Positions 50,130-61,634 of a DNA stretch of 64,000 nucleotides are shown here, one piece after another. The notes beneath the pieces are model-generated. The model made no database searches. It had not been told where the DNA came from and saw nothing but the letters and a program-made list of their open reading frames with translations. Source of the stretch: Marsupella aquatica (lineage: Eukaryota; Plantae; Marchantiophyta); assembly GCA_973895155.1 (NCBI GenBank), contig OZ316891.1, forward strand, positions 23,083,884-23,147,883. Direction: 5' to 3'. A program made the translations under genes and the position numbers. Positions within the stretch are counted from its first letter, which is position 1. Each line of letters starts with the position of its first letter.

Positions 50130-50730
50130 TTGTGTGACTGTTCTGGCAATTGTTCTTTTGCACCGCTACATTTTATACATTTGTGTGACTATTCTGGTAG
50201 CCGTGTACTTGCCCAATACAAGAGTTGTCGTACGTGTTCATGTGACTATTTTGGCAGCCCTGCGATTGCCCAGATATAAGGGTTATCGTCTTTGTGTGAT
50301 TGTTCTAGCAACCCCGTGTTTGCCTAGCTACACGGGTTTTTGTGTTCGTGTGACTGTTCTGGCAGCCCTACGATTGCCCAGATATAAGGGCTGCCATCTT
50401 CATGTGACTGTTCTGGCAGCCTCATGCTTGCCTAGCTACAAGGGTTTTGTGTTTGTGTGACTGTTCTGGTAGCCTTGCGATTGCCCAAATATAAGGGTTG
50501 TCATCTTCATGTGACTCTTTTGGCAACCCCGTGTTTGCGCAAGTATAAGTGTACTGTTGCACTTGTTTTAGTGTTCTGGCAGCCCTGCATTTGTGACCTA
50601 TGGTTGTTTCTCGTGTTTGTGTGATTGTTCTGGCATATGAAAATTCTTTGTAGACTTTGACGGTCATTGTCCTCATCACATTCAACTAATGAGAAATACA
50701 CTTGCATTTATGTGACTATTCTAGTGTCCA
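50130..50730. repeat. Tandem array of ~54-bp units with a 108-bp higher-order dimer, between the convergent MULE genes
   Basis: TGTGACTGTTCTGGC at ~50133, 50184, 50241, 50295, 50349, 50403, 50456 and onward; two unit types alternate. Confidence 0.9.
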
Positions 50731-52551
50731 CTTATTTGCACACACAAGATGTGAAGTATGCCTAAGATCAATGAGTTAATCAATAGCTAGGTAACTTATA
50801 GTCACTTTTAAAAGGGTCTTAATAAGCAGTGTTGTGTGGTCACTGAGCACCAAATTTCATTATCATGAAGCCTCCTCATGAAGGAATACATTGAGGTCAA
50901 TATTGGTGTTTATGTCTACATCCCTAGCACCACCTCCAAAGTGCATGACACAAGCAAGAAGTGGTGGAGTGAACTGATTTTCTGTCCTACGTCGCCGCCT
51001 ACCGTCCTTAAATTCCTTGCCTAACCTACTCAGATGCTGCCTGATAGATTCCTGAACCACTTTGCGCTTGGATGGTAGTTTACATGGTGTTGTGCCATCC
51101 TCCTCCTGCCATTCAAGAAAGTTGCTAAGTTACCGCTCTTCAATTATTTGGTTTTTCATACAGGACAGAACAAAAATTGGAACAAACAAAAAATATAGAA
51201 CTTACCATATTAGTAATTATTTGAGATGAAGCTGCTTGTTCTCTTGTTTGTGTTGTCCTCAAAGCCATAGTCCTCCTTCGTCTCTTCCCACCGTGGTAAA
51301 TGTCCACAACACCTAGACGTCACTTGGATGTAAGACCCATAGGCCTGACAAAAGCATCCACAGGACCTATATTGTCTTTCATTGAGAGGTGTTTAGTTTG
51401 TTCTTGGCTCTTCACTTTGTTCAAAGTAAGTTGTGTTGCCAGGAATACTTGCTCTGTTAGACGGGCATCCCCTTCCACAATGAGCAAAATCTCATCAAAC
51501 ATCTGTTGCACAGATTGTCTGAGGGACTGCTCTGGGTTCTCTTTAGGCAGAACAGAAACATGAAGGCTAGATTCCATTGTTTCACAAACCACATTAGGCT
51601 CAACTTGGCCTTCTACTTCTACATGTTCAGGTGGTGTCTCGATGTTCTCATCCGCATTCAAATGTGAGATGCCACCCATGAGGCTACCAAACCTGGTACC
51701 TAGTTGTTGAACCAAGACAGCACCTTGACAACCTCTCACTAGCAATCCCTTCAATTGGTGCTTGCACATGTTCCCTTCATCAGCCCACTTACAACAGCAT
51801 GAAGGAAAGTATGAATATATATTGTGCACAATATACTCTCTCCCAATAGATTTTAAACTTTTCACAATTGCCTGATTGGGCAATGTTGGATCAGGAAAAC
51901 AGACCTGATGGTCTTTCATTTGATGCTCTGCCTTGTGAAGACTATTCAAGACTATTTCCTCTTTCTTGTAGTTGATGACTCTTCCCCTTGCTTTGCACCG
52001 AATTTGGTACCAAAAGAATGGAAGCATCACTTGAAAAAGTGCATTCACAATCCGATCAAGGCGACATGCTCCAATGGCCCCTATTACTCTCCTTATCATC
52101 TTTTTCAAAGTGCAATGCCAAGCTTCAATTGCACCATTTGTATTCTGGTTGGCACGGGGCATTGATCGAACAGCCCTCATCCACTTTGCTGGAATATAAG
52201 ACATGCCACAACATTTAGTACCAGAGATCCAGGCGGAGTTCTGAAGTATTCCACAACTATAGAGACACAGGATATTATGCAATACAGAACAGCTACAAAG
52301 GCACACAAACTTGTGCAATACAGAATAGCTACAAAAACATTGCAAAAATAAAATACATGGCAAGATATAAATACAATACAAAAACCTTAGACCAAATGGA
52401 CATGTTGACAACAAAGAATTTACTAAAATGGCCAGGCATACCCCAAATAGCAAACCACATACCTGTTCTGTACATCCAAGTGTCCTCAAAATACTTCAGA
52501 AATAGCTTTTCAAAGTTGTATTTAATTTTGAAGGCATGCCACAAGGCTTGC

Positions 52552-55500
52552 TGTGGTGCGTCCCATGGCTCCCTAAACCCAAGAAACCCCCCAGCTCAAG
52601 CCGATTCCCGCAGGTTTCGTGCTTGGCGAGGCCGTTTCCGCGGCTTAGCGGCATGGGACGCTGCTAACCTTCTACTACTACTATTAACATTTTACACACA
52701 TATACTGGACAGATCCTTCATCGGGTCATGAGATACGTAGCCGGCCTAATATAGGCCTTCCCCTGTCTTCCCCTGTCTTCCCCTCCGTCTTGTTAGGTAT
52801 GTTTGGATTCCGCCGCCGGAATGATCCCCAATAGGCTTGGTTAAGCCGCTAAGACCTCTCTCAGCTCGACACATCCAACTCTCACTCCCCTGCTTACTTT
52901 CCTTCCTTCTGTTGATGTGGGCACTCTTCACACAAGTTAATGCGACACACAAATAGCAAAATGACTCATTCTGACTGAGTCATACCATGCACTTGCCATA
53001 CAAACAGTACATCTCATACACAAGTTCTGCGAACTAAGCCGTGAGGCCAACTCTATTCAACTCTTAGGCATGAGGAAACATGAATATACACAAGGGTCAC
53101 TGTATGACTAACCGAGAGCTTCTCGTACTACTTGATCCCAGCCCGGCTGGTGCAAACTAAAAACTTGCTAAAGAAGAGGCCCTGAGCTCCCCGCTGCCCA
53201 GGTACTTATCCTGGTAGTGGATCCGCCATTCTTTGCATCGTAAGCCTAATCTACTTAACAGTAATCTACTTGCCCGAATCTACCTATGTACAGCAAGGCA
53301 GGAGCACAAGTGTTGCTCCTACCAGTGGGACCGCAATCCCACTAAGCTAAGTGTCAAGGCCGCTCCTGGTTCTGATCCTAATCCTAAACGTGGAGATCCG
53401 CGCCCGCCCTGCCCACTCACGCCTCCTCCCTCCACGTCCGCCCTCCCTAAAAGGAACGGCGCCCTTGCACCGTCACGATACCGGTGGTGGATCCTCAATG
53501 GACGCCCCCAACACTTCCTCCTCAGCCACTGCCGTTGGCCCGCCTACTGACAGATTACCTGCCCTTGACCGAGTCAACTCTCCATCGGCCTGACTGGGTC
53601 CACCTTCGGCTTCAGCCTCGACACCGGCCTCGGCAATACCCACGGCTTCGGCCTCAGCCACTCCCACGGCTTCGGCTTCAGCCACTCCCCTAGGGTAGTT
53701 GGATCCTTAGCCGTGACCCTGTCTGGGGTCGGTGCTGGGTCTACCTCCTTGATCACCACGGCCTGTGAAGTCGTATTACTCCTTGACCCTGAAGGTTTCC
53801 GCTTCTTCTTTGTTGGTGGCTCGACAGCTGGTCCCTTCCCCTTCCCACTTACTTCCGGCACTGGTGCAGTTGACGCGGCTTGTCCTTCGGCAATTACCAC
53901 CCCTGGTAACTGGTTTGTCCCAACGGGAGATGGACCTGCTGCAGCTAAGCATTTAAATACTGCGGCTTGTTTCTTTAGCCGCTCTGTTTGGTTGTCGGCC
54001 CGCCGCTGTAGGTTCTCCATCTTCCTCGTGATTTCCTCCAACTCCTCTTGGGTTTCATCCAGGTCCTTACGTGCCCCCTCCAGCTCGTTTTTGGCCTCCT
54101 CCTGCTCCCTGTGGGCTTCCTCCAATTCCTTCTTCAAGGTAGCCCTCTCCTCCCGGGTTGCTCTTAGCTCCTTGTCGAGCTCTGCAATGATGACAGACTC
54201 CATCTGGTTCATCTTGGCGTAAGTCTGTTCGAGCATCTCGTCCTTCTCCCTTAGGTCGGCCTTGAAGCTGGCCGTCAGGGACGCAAGCTCCTACTGCAGT
54301 GCCATAATCCCTTGATAGGATTTCCCTAACTCGACCTCCTTCTGCTCAAGGGCTCCGCGGATTTTCTCGAGCTCCCCTTTCAACGCCCATTCCTTTCTTT
54401 GGGTCTCCGCCATGGCCCGGTTGTTGGCTGTTATGTGGGCCTCCTCTGTATTCTTCAGCTATTGCTTCCACTTCTCCCTCTCTTTGATCGTGTCGGCCAA
54501 CTCTTCCTGCGTCTGAGTCAGTTTATCCTTGATATTCTGATTATCAGCCTGCGCGGTGTCCAACTGCCCCTGCATGATGTTCAGCTCATGTCGTTTAATC
54601 CGCAGTTCATCTTGGGCTTTCTTGGCTGCCCTTAGATCTTCAATCTTGGCTTCCATCCTCCTAAGCCGCCGAATGACCTCGTCCTTCTTGCTTCTCTCTA
54701 AAGCCACCGCTTCTTCTAATTGGTGCTTCTCCAACTGCTCCCTATGGAAAAAGGGTCCTACCTCCAACTCCTCTCCAAAGATGCCGAGCGCAAGTTCCCC
54801 ACACATCTCACCATACTCCATGGCTCTATTCTTAGCGTAGGTGGAGTAAGTAGAAGTGATCGGCATCGCCCATCGTGGCCTCTGCTCCCAAGCCGTCCTG
54901 CGGATCTCTTCAATCGTGGCTAGAGGTTTGCTTCCTTTTTCGGCTAGCCGCCTGATGTCCTCCGGCCAATCTCCTCCTGGTAAATCCTTTTCCTTAGCCA
55001 GGGCGGCCTCTTCCTCCTGCTTGATTCGCTCCTGAAATTCCTGCACCGTCTGTTTTATGCCGTCGAAGCTCGGGGGAGCAACATCTGGTGGGGGAGACTC
55101 AGGGCTACTCTGCTGGTTGGGGTCCCCTCGCACTACCCTTGGAAGTGTGGGGACAAACCGGCCACAGGTCCTTACTCCTGGAACGTGATGGTCCGACCCA
55201 TAGCCGGAATTATCATGGCTGCAGTCCTCCACTGCCTCCTCTACCTCTTGGACGTCCGGCTTCTCCCTCTCCTCTTCGTCGGTAGGAGCTTCAGGCAATT
55301 ATGCCTCAGATTCGGAGCTTGAGGTTCCCACGTACATTCGAACACCTGGCTTGGATTCCGGCCTGATTCTCTCCTTGTCTCCAGCAAAGGGGTTTTCTCT
55401 TGTGAGCCGGTGTAGGCCTACCTCTGTAGTAGTGTCCTGCATTGTTGCCGTTGCCGTTGTTGTTGCCGATGCCGATTTCTTTTCTTTCTCTAGTAGTTTC

Positions 55501-57189
55501 AGCAGACTCTGCATGCCTGGTTGCTGCATCGGCAAGTCTTCCTTCCTGGGCCTAAACACCTGCTCGATCGTAGGACTAACAGGTGGTTGAGGCTTCTCAG
55601 CCAACGGCCTCGGCGTTGGAGCTTCCTCGGGTGCCCTTACCTGCAGGGGAAGTACCGGGGCAAAAGTCTAACCTCTGGCATACCGGCACAACAGCGGCAT
55701 GTGATAGCCAAGCCGCGACACGCTCCCCATGCCGATTACCTGCTGCTCCTCCTTTAAGATCTTCTTCAATTGGTTGAGGAGGTACCCGTTGTAGTCCCGG
55801 CTTGGGTCTGGCCTTTCTGCCAGATAGACCTGTGCCTTGCCGATCTCTGCCCTCGGCAAGTTACAATGCATGGTCACCCGCAAGAAGTCGATCATCTCTC
55901 CTATGTGCGGGTTGGTGCAGGTGTTCCGGAAGAAGCCATTCTTCGTTGATGGCCCGGGGAACGACCGGAACTCCTTGTCAGGCAAGGTCTTCCTGGTATC
56001 AACTTTGGTCTTATTGCCTATCGGCAGGCCAAACACTTCGGCAATTACCTTGGGAGTAAGATAGAAATCCTTCCCATATATCCTCGTGCAATTGGTCTCG
56101 GGTTCCCATGACCCCACGAATTCTAATAGGTCTGACTCCGGTACCTCCGGCTTCAGCCATGGTAATCTTACAAAGGCCTCTAAGCCGGATCCGGCCATGA
56201 AGCCTTGGTACTTCTTGGTCTGCATGGCCGTAAAGCATGCATCCTCCTCCCGTGCAAAATGTAGTTGCACCTCCACCGGTAGGGTTGCCGCCCAGCCCTT
56301 CCAGGTGTCATCCCTGGTTGGAATGGCCTTGATGGGATTGACCTCCTCCTCTTCGGCTTCTCCCTGCCTCCTGCTCTGCTGCTCGGCTGGCTTCTTTGGT
56401 GCCGCCGACCTCGTTCTTTTTGCCGGGGTGGCTTCATCGTTGACGGCTCCCTTCCTCTTCATCTCTGCTGCCGTGGAGGTTTCTCCTAGCACCGTTGCCC
56501 GGGTCCACCTTTCCGTGCTACCCTTTAATTCCCAGTGTATGTCGTTGCAGTTCTTGATGGCCTCTCGGATGCCGACGACGTTGTCTTTGCAAAATAGAAG
56601 ATCGTCGAGTTGATTGGAAGTAGGCGTCCACAGGAACTCGTCCTTGATGAGTTCGCCTCCTAAGAAAGCCATCTTCTGCAGCTCCCACAATCGAGCGAGC
56701 TCCTGCCGTTCTCGAGCTGCCCTTTCTGACTCCTCGTCCTCGTAAGTCTTGATGTACTCAGTTGCCCGTTCGAACAGGCATCCCCAGAAATGTGCCGCTT
56801 GATTGACGTTGCTCATACCCTCCTTAGGTCGATCGTCGGTATCTACTCTCTCCCCGAGTGCTTGCCTAAGCAGCTGACAGTAGTTGGCCTCCCGTAGTCG
56901 TCTGCCTAGTTCGTGCTCGCAAATGAGCCACCATCTCCTGCAAGCGCTCCTTACCCCTCTCCTCTGCCGGTCCTTCTTCCCGTTGATCCTTCCTAGCCGC
57001 CGACGCTTAACACGCCCTAACCCTAATCGGGTTTTCACCCTCAGCCTTACCTCCGGCCTCGGCCCGGGTTCCATGGTTGCCCCTAATTGTTTATATTTTC
57101 CTTGTTTTGTCCCTATACTAAGGTGTTCCTAGGGTGCCTTCCTGCTTTACCCACTTAACCGGCCGAGTGATTCCTGTCTAGGCATCACA
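52552..57189 (-). mobile_element. Solo LTR of family A (4638 bp, diverged subfamily, no nested inserts)
   Basis: TGTGGTGCG...GGCATCACA; TSD CTTGC (52547-52551, 57190-57194); colinear with both LTRs of element A. Confidence 0.95.
53473..57074 (-). pseudogene. LTR-encoded accessory ORF of family A (~1200 codons), best-preserved copy
   Basis: Track ORFs 55668-57074, 55299-55604, 54459-55298 and 53574-54236 share one frame, separated by single stops; one frameshift near 53690 leads to the DPPPVS* end seen in all copies. Globular domain at ~56225-55675 and long coiled coil at ~54740-53960. Confidence 0.88.
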
Positions 57190-58363
57190 CTTGCATGTCT
57201 TCCTCAGCATACATTAAATCTCCAAGATCATCATTCATGTTTAGGAGCTTGGCTCTGTTGGGAACCTTCTTGATCAGATTCTCCTTCCAAGCTCTATATG
57301 CACTAGTAGAAAACAATGTATTTTATGACCGAAACAATGACTATTAATCAGGTCTTTTTAACAAAACAATGACACAATCGTTCTCGTCTTTCCAGACGCG
57401 TCACAACGGACATTTTGGTCATGGTCCTTTTGGACAAATGATGCTAAAAATGTGTGGTCATTTCATACTATCCTAAATGACCATTTTTATGATATGGTCA
57501 TAAATGCTTAACGGTCCAAAATGACAACACAAATCACCATCTACGGTCAATTGCCATTGACTGTCGATGGTCCCCGTACCCAATCACACAACGACATGTG
57601 GCAATCCAAAAACAAATAGCATTGGTCATTTTGGACTTGTCCAAAATGACGTACATTATATAACAAATCAAATAGTGACACATGGTTCAAAGAGGATTCA
57701 CCATTTGGCAATATATTTGGGTCATTTTGGACAAGTCCAAAATGACCACGGTATAAACAAGTCATATTGAGACACGTGGTTCAATTGGGAGAAGACACAT
57801 AAAGATACACATTAGTCATTAATGACATGTCTTGAATGACATAAAGTGAGTCATAGTGGACTTGTTTATAATGACCATGAGAACAGTCATTGTATATGTC
57901 ATTCTTTGAATCATTTAGTCTATGTCTTTAATGACCAGAGTTGAGTCATATTGGTCACAAAGATAGTTGTGGATAATGACCATTACATCAGTCATTCTAG
58001 CCAGTCATTCAGACGAAGTATTCAATGATTTGGAGAAATTCAAAATTAAGTGATCATGATAGATAAAACTTCATGTCAATCAAAAATCATACATTACAAA
58101 GCCATTCAATAGATTTGCTGAATGAAAACTTAAAGAAATATTCGATATATATCACAAATCCAATTGACATTCATACAAGATACCTTCATAAGTCTCACGG
58201 TAATTACTGAACTCAATGCAAATTTATGAAACAAAATTACATTGACATCAATAATATTAGATTATCAATTGTTACAACCTGACATACCAATCACTCTGCA
58301 TGTTTATAGAAAAACAGAGCTATCATTCTATCATGTCTATTGTTTCTTGACAGAGTGCTATTT

Positions 58364-61190
58364 CTATTGCTTCTTAAGCAATCTAGAGTTCCATAGGGCA
58401 TTCATCCCTTTCACATCAGATAATTTAGACTGGTTCTCCCCTGAATTGGCAATTGGCAATGCCACATCTACAAACACTTCAATCACACGCACTCGCAAGA
58501 AAGGGCTTTCAAAATCTGCACAATGAAACTTATCTTCTCCTGGCAGCCCTGTCACCTCACCTTCTGCCACTATCATGGAATTGTCCACAACGTTCTTCAT
58601 CTTCACCAAATCTCCTCTTGCAAACTGTGAACAACACATTTTGTTAAAAATGCAATAAACAGAAATTGAAAGATAGAAGAACACTCAAATCAAACACACA
58701 TTTACCTTTGCAATGGGGTTAGGAGACTGCATTGGTTTCTTCTGTGCAGGTGATGCATTTGCTGAGGATCCTTTCTTCCTTTTCTTCTTTCCCTTTCTAG
58801 TTGATGGAGTGTCATCATGCTCACTTGGAACAGGAGTTTCTTTTGGCAACTCAGATGATTCTGGGGTTACATCCGGTGTCAACCGAGTCGACTTATCCTC
58901 TGGCAACTGAAAGGCATCTGAAATGGCTTCTTTGGGCAACTTAGATGGCAAAAGGTTCACTTCCAATTTAGTTTGCTTCAGAGTACTGTTAGCTGTGTCA
59001 ATTGGTCTTCCCTGCGACACAGGAGGCTCCCCGAAAGATGCTGTCATAAAACACACACAAAAGAAATGCATAAACAAACATGTATACACCAGCAACATAT
59101 AATCACACTAAAAACATGCAAGAACATTATAAACATGCAATGACATATACACATCACAATAATTACATTGAATGGACAATGTATACATGATAGAGAATTT
59201 TACCTTCATTGTCGCCTGAAAAAGTAAGAGATCGCTTTCTACTACCTTGTTTGGTAGCTGTAGTCAACATACTATGACTAGGCACAACTGTTGGAACTTG
59301 TGCATTACTGGTGTGATGTGCCATCCACGTAGTCATCATGTTTGTCAACTCCTTCACAATGCCTTTCAACTCAGCGACATCCAATTTCACAGCCCCAATG
59401 GCAGTGATCTCTTCTTTTGAATGTGGGGTCTGTAAATGAACCACAAACCAACACAACATTCTCACTGTCAAACTTACAAACGACACAACACTCTGTCAAA
59501 TGGAGAATGATGTACAAATCAAATTGGTATGACAATACTCACAGCTGATCCATGTCTGTATCCTTGCCCCAGTAAGCTAGCACTTTTACCCTCCCCACTT
59601 GCCAATGATGGGCTCACCTTTGCTCCCACAAAACTACCAGTCTGACCTTCTGCACTTGCCAATGATGGGCTCATTGTCACCTTTGGCAATGAACCCTAAC
59701 TACCATGGTTTTCTTTCAGGTCAGATATACCTGGGCTTGATCCTCTCTTCTGCTTCTGTTCAAACACACAATGAATGAGAATCACAGAGTCTATTTTCAT
59801 CAAGATTCACAAACAAGATAGAATTGATAGTGAAAATGATACAGGCCACAATTTACCATTCTCTTTGCTGCTGCAGCATGCCCTCCTCTTCCAAAGTGAG
59901 AGGTATCTTGCACTCGTGCTCTTTTATCAGTCATCTGTTTACTCAAAGATATCAATGCTGGACTGGTAAAATGAGATACCAAAGCTGCCCATTTCTTTGG
60001 ATCAACACCAGATGGCCCAGGTTTGGTTGGATCCTCATTGCAAACTTTCTTCCAGTAAACATGCATTTTATGGCGCTCTCTCTTCAATATGCCACGACAA
60101 TAACTCTGGAATTTGGTGTTAATAAATTCCCCACCCACATACTCCCACTCAGCTACCATGTTATTCCACACTGTGGTTGTATGTACTTGTGGATGATCAG
60201 TCCATTTTGGCTTTGATACATCAAAGACTCTGAGTACGTTGCCACAAAGTTCCTCCAGCCAATATTGTTTGTTGCCATCAGAATCATCAATATCATTGTC
60301 ATAAATCTGCATTTCACAGACAATGTCAGATCATAACTCTGGAATTTATGCAGAGTCCAGGTTTTATACACACAACAATAGAGAGGATCAGATTTGTCTA
60401 AATCTACATTCAAAAAAAGTACAATACTCACTTTAATGTGTTTGGGCAACTCTCCGCAATCCCTTCGTTGTTTGGCAGTATTATCAAACTGCTTCTTAGC
60501 ATGCCTTTGTTCCCTGCGCATCTCAGAGGCCCCGCTTGCAATGCACACACATGCATTCAATCAAAAAATATGTACATGATTGAAAAGTACAGCAAATGCA
60601 CTTGCATATGCATGGCGAGCAGATTGTGTATTACCTGAAGATCCTCTGGAATGTAGTACATCAGATTGACTTGATCTGCCTTCAGATGCTGATGAAACCA
60701 CTAAACAAACACACAACACCAAAGCACTTCAATTAATTTCATTTCCAAGTAGAATATCAACTTCCAAACACACCTGAAAAGTAGAACAGTACAATCCACT
60801 CACTTTCATATAAGAGTCCAGTGTCTGGGTCTTTCCAACATCTCACCAGCCCACCTCCACCAGGCCCAGTCTTCTTAGGACCACGATTTTGTTTCTGTAC
60901 CTACATCATGGACAACGTAAGCATATCAACATATAATTTGAAAAAGGGACAAGGATCCCTTCCTATTAGGATGATGAAGTTCAAGCATTACCTGTTGTTC
61001 ACTCTCTGGTTCTGACCCTCCAATGTCACAATCCTCAGTGTCATACCGAGAAGGAGAACCATAGCCATCATCACCAGACTCTGCCATGTTCACCTTGGTA
61101 ACTTCTGATAGTCTAGAGCTCCTCCTCTTTGGCAATGTTTTAGTTGAAGTACCTTTCACCAAAGCAGGCTTTCCTCTCTCTCATTGTACA
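58364..61190 (-). CDS. Multi-exon TnpA-like CACTA protein (Ptta/En/Spm Transposase_24-like plus C-terminal Tnp1-like domain)
   Basis: P.GVDPKKWAALVSHF...KRARVQDTSHFGRGG (59800-60312) and VAEG...FH...RVRV..V..DVALP...W (58364-58626); many short GT-AG introns. Exon limits are approximate. Confidence 0.75.
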
Positions 61191-61634
61191 TGTGTGGTTG
61201 GGCCTCTAAGGAACAATTCAAGCAATCATCAACATACACCAATGCAGATCAAACATACATGCAAAATGAATCTACAACACCGTAACACTAGTACTTATGT
61301 ACAGGATCCATACTAGTACGAGACCAATCTGGAATATGACAACAGAACATGAACTTGACAACTCCATCTACTGAATCAAATTTGCAACAGACATATTAAC
61401 ACACACATCAGCTTGCAGTCTGGCCCCAGTCCTAGATCACGCATAATTCTGACATTATGCTCTATGTTCCGATTTCGGGCCTCCTCATAAGGATTCACAA
61501 AATGTGACAACCCCTGCAATCTTCCTTTCATAGGCTGCATTCACCAACTGCACAAATGGGTAAACCATTAGTCTGATTTCATATATAGTCCATACATGTA
61601 GTCCATCTATGGACTTCACACACCTAAAACCTAT

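Larger units (their letters stand above)
50863..57300 (-). pseudogene. MULE (MuDR/FHY3-like) transposase, C-terminal part with SWIM finger, interrupted by solo LTR A and by the CACTA element
   Basis: YRAWKENL...EDMQ (57300-57190) joins ALWHAF...LKYFEDTW (from 52546); NTNGAIEAWH carries the catalytic Glu; SWIM motif CCC...CKH. The N-terminus lies beyond the CACTA insertion. Confidence 0.88.

Noticed and set aside
53473-57074. Premature stops repaired by U-to-C RNA editing or readthrough
   Set aside because: That editing is organellar, and the stops differ between the LTR copies, which fits post-insertion mutation.
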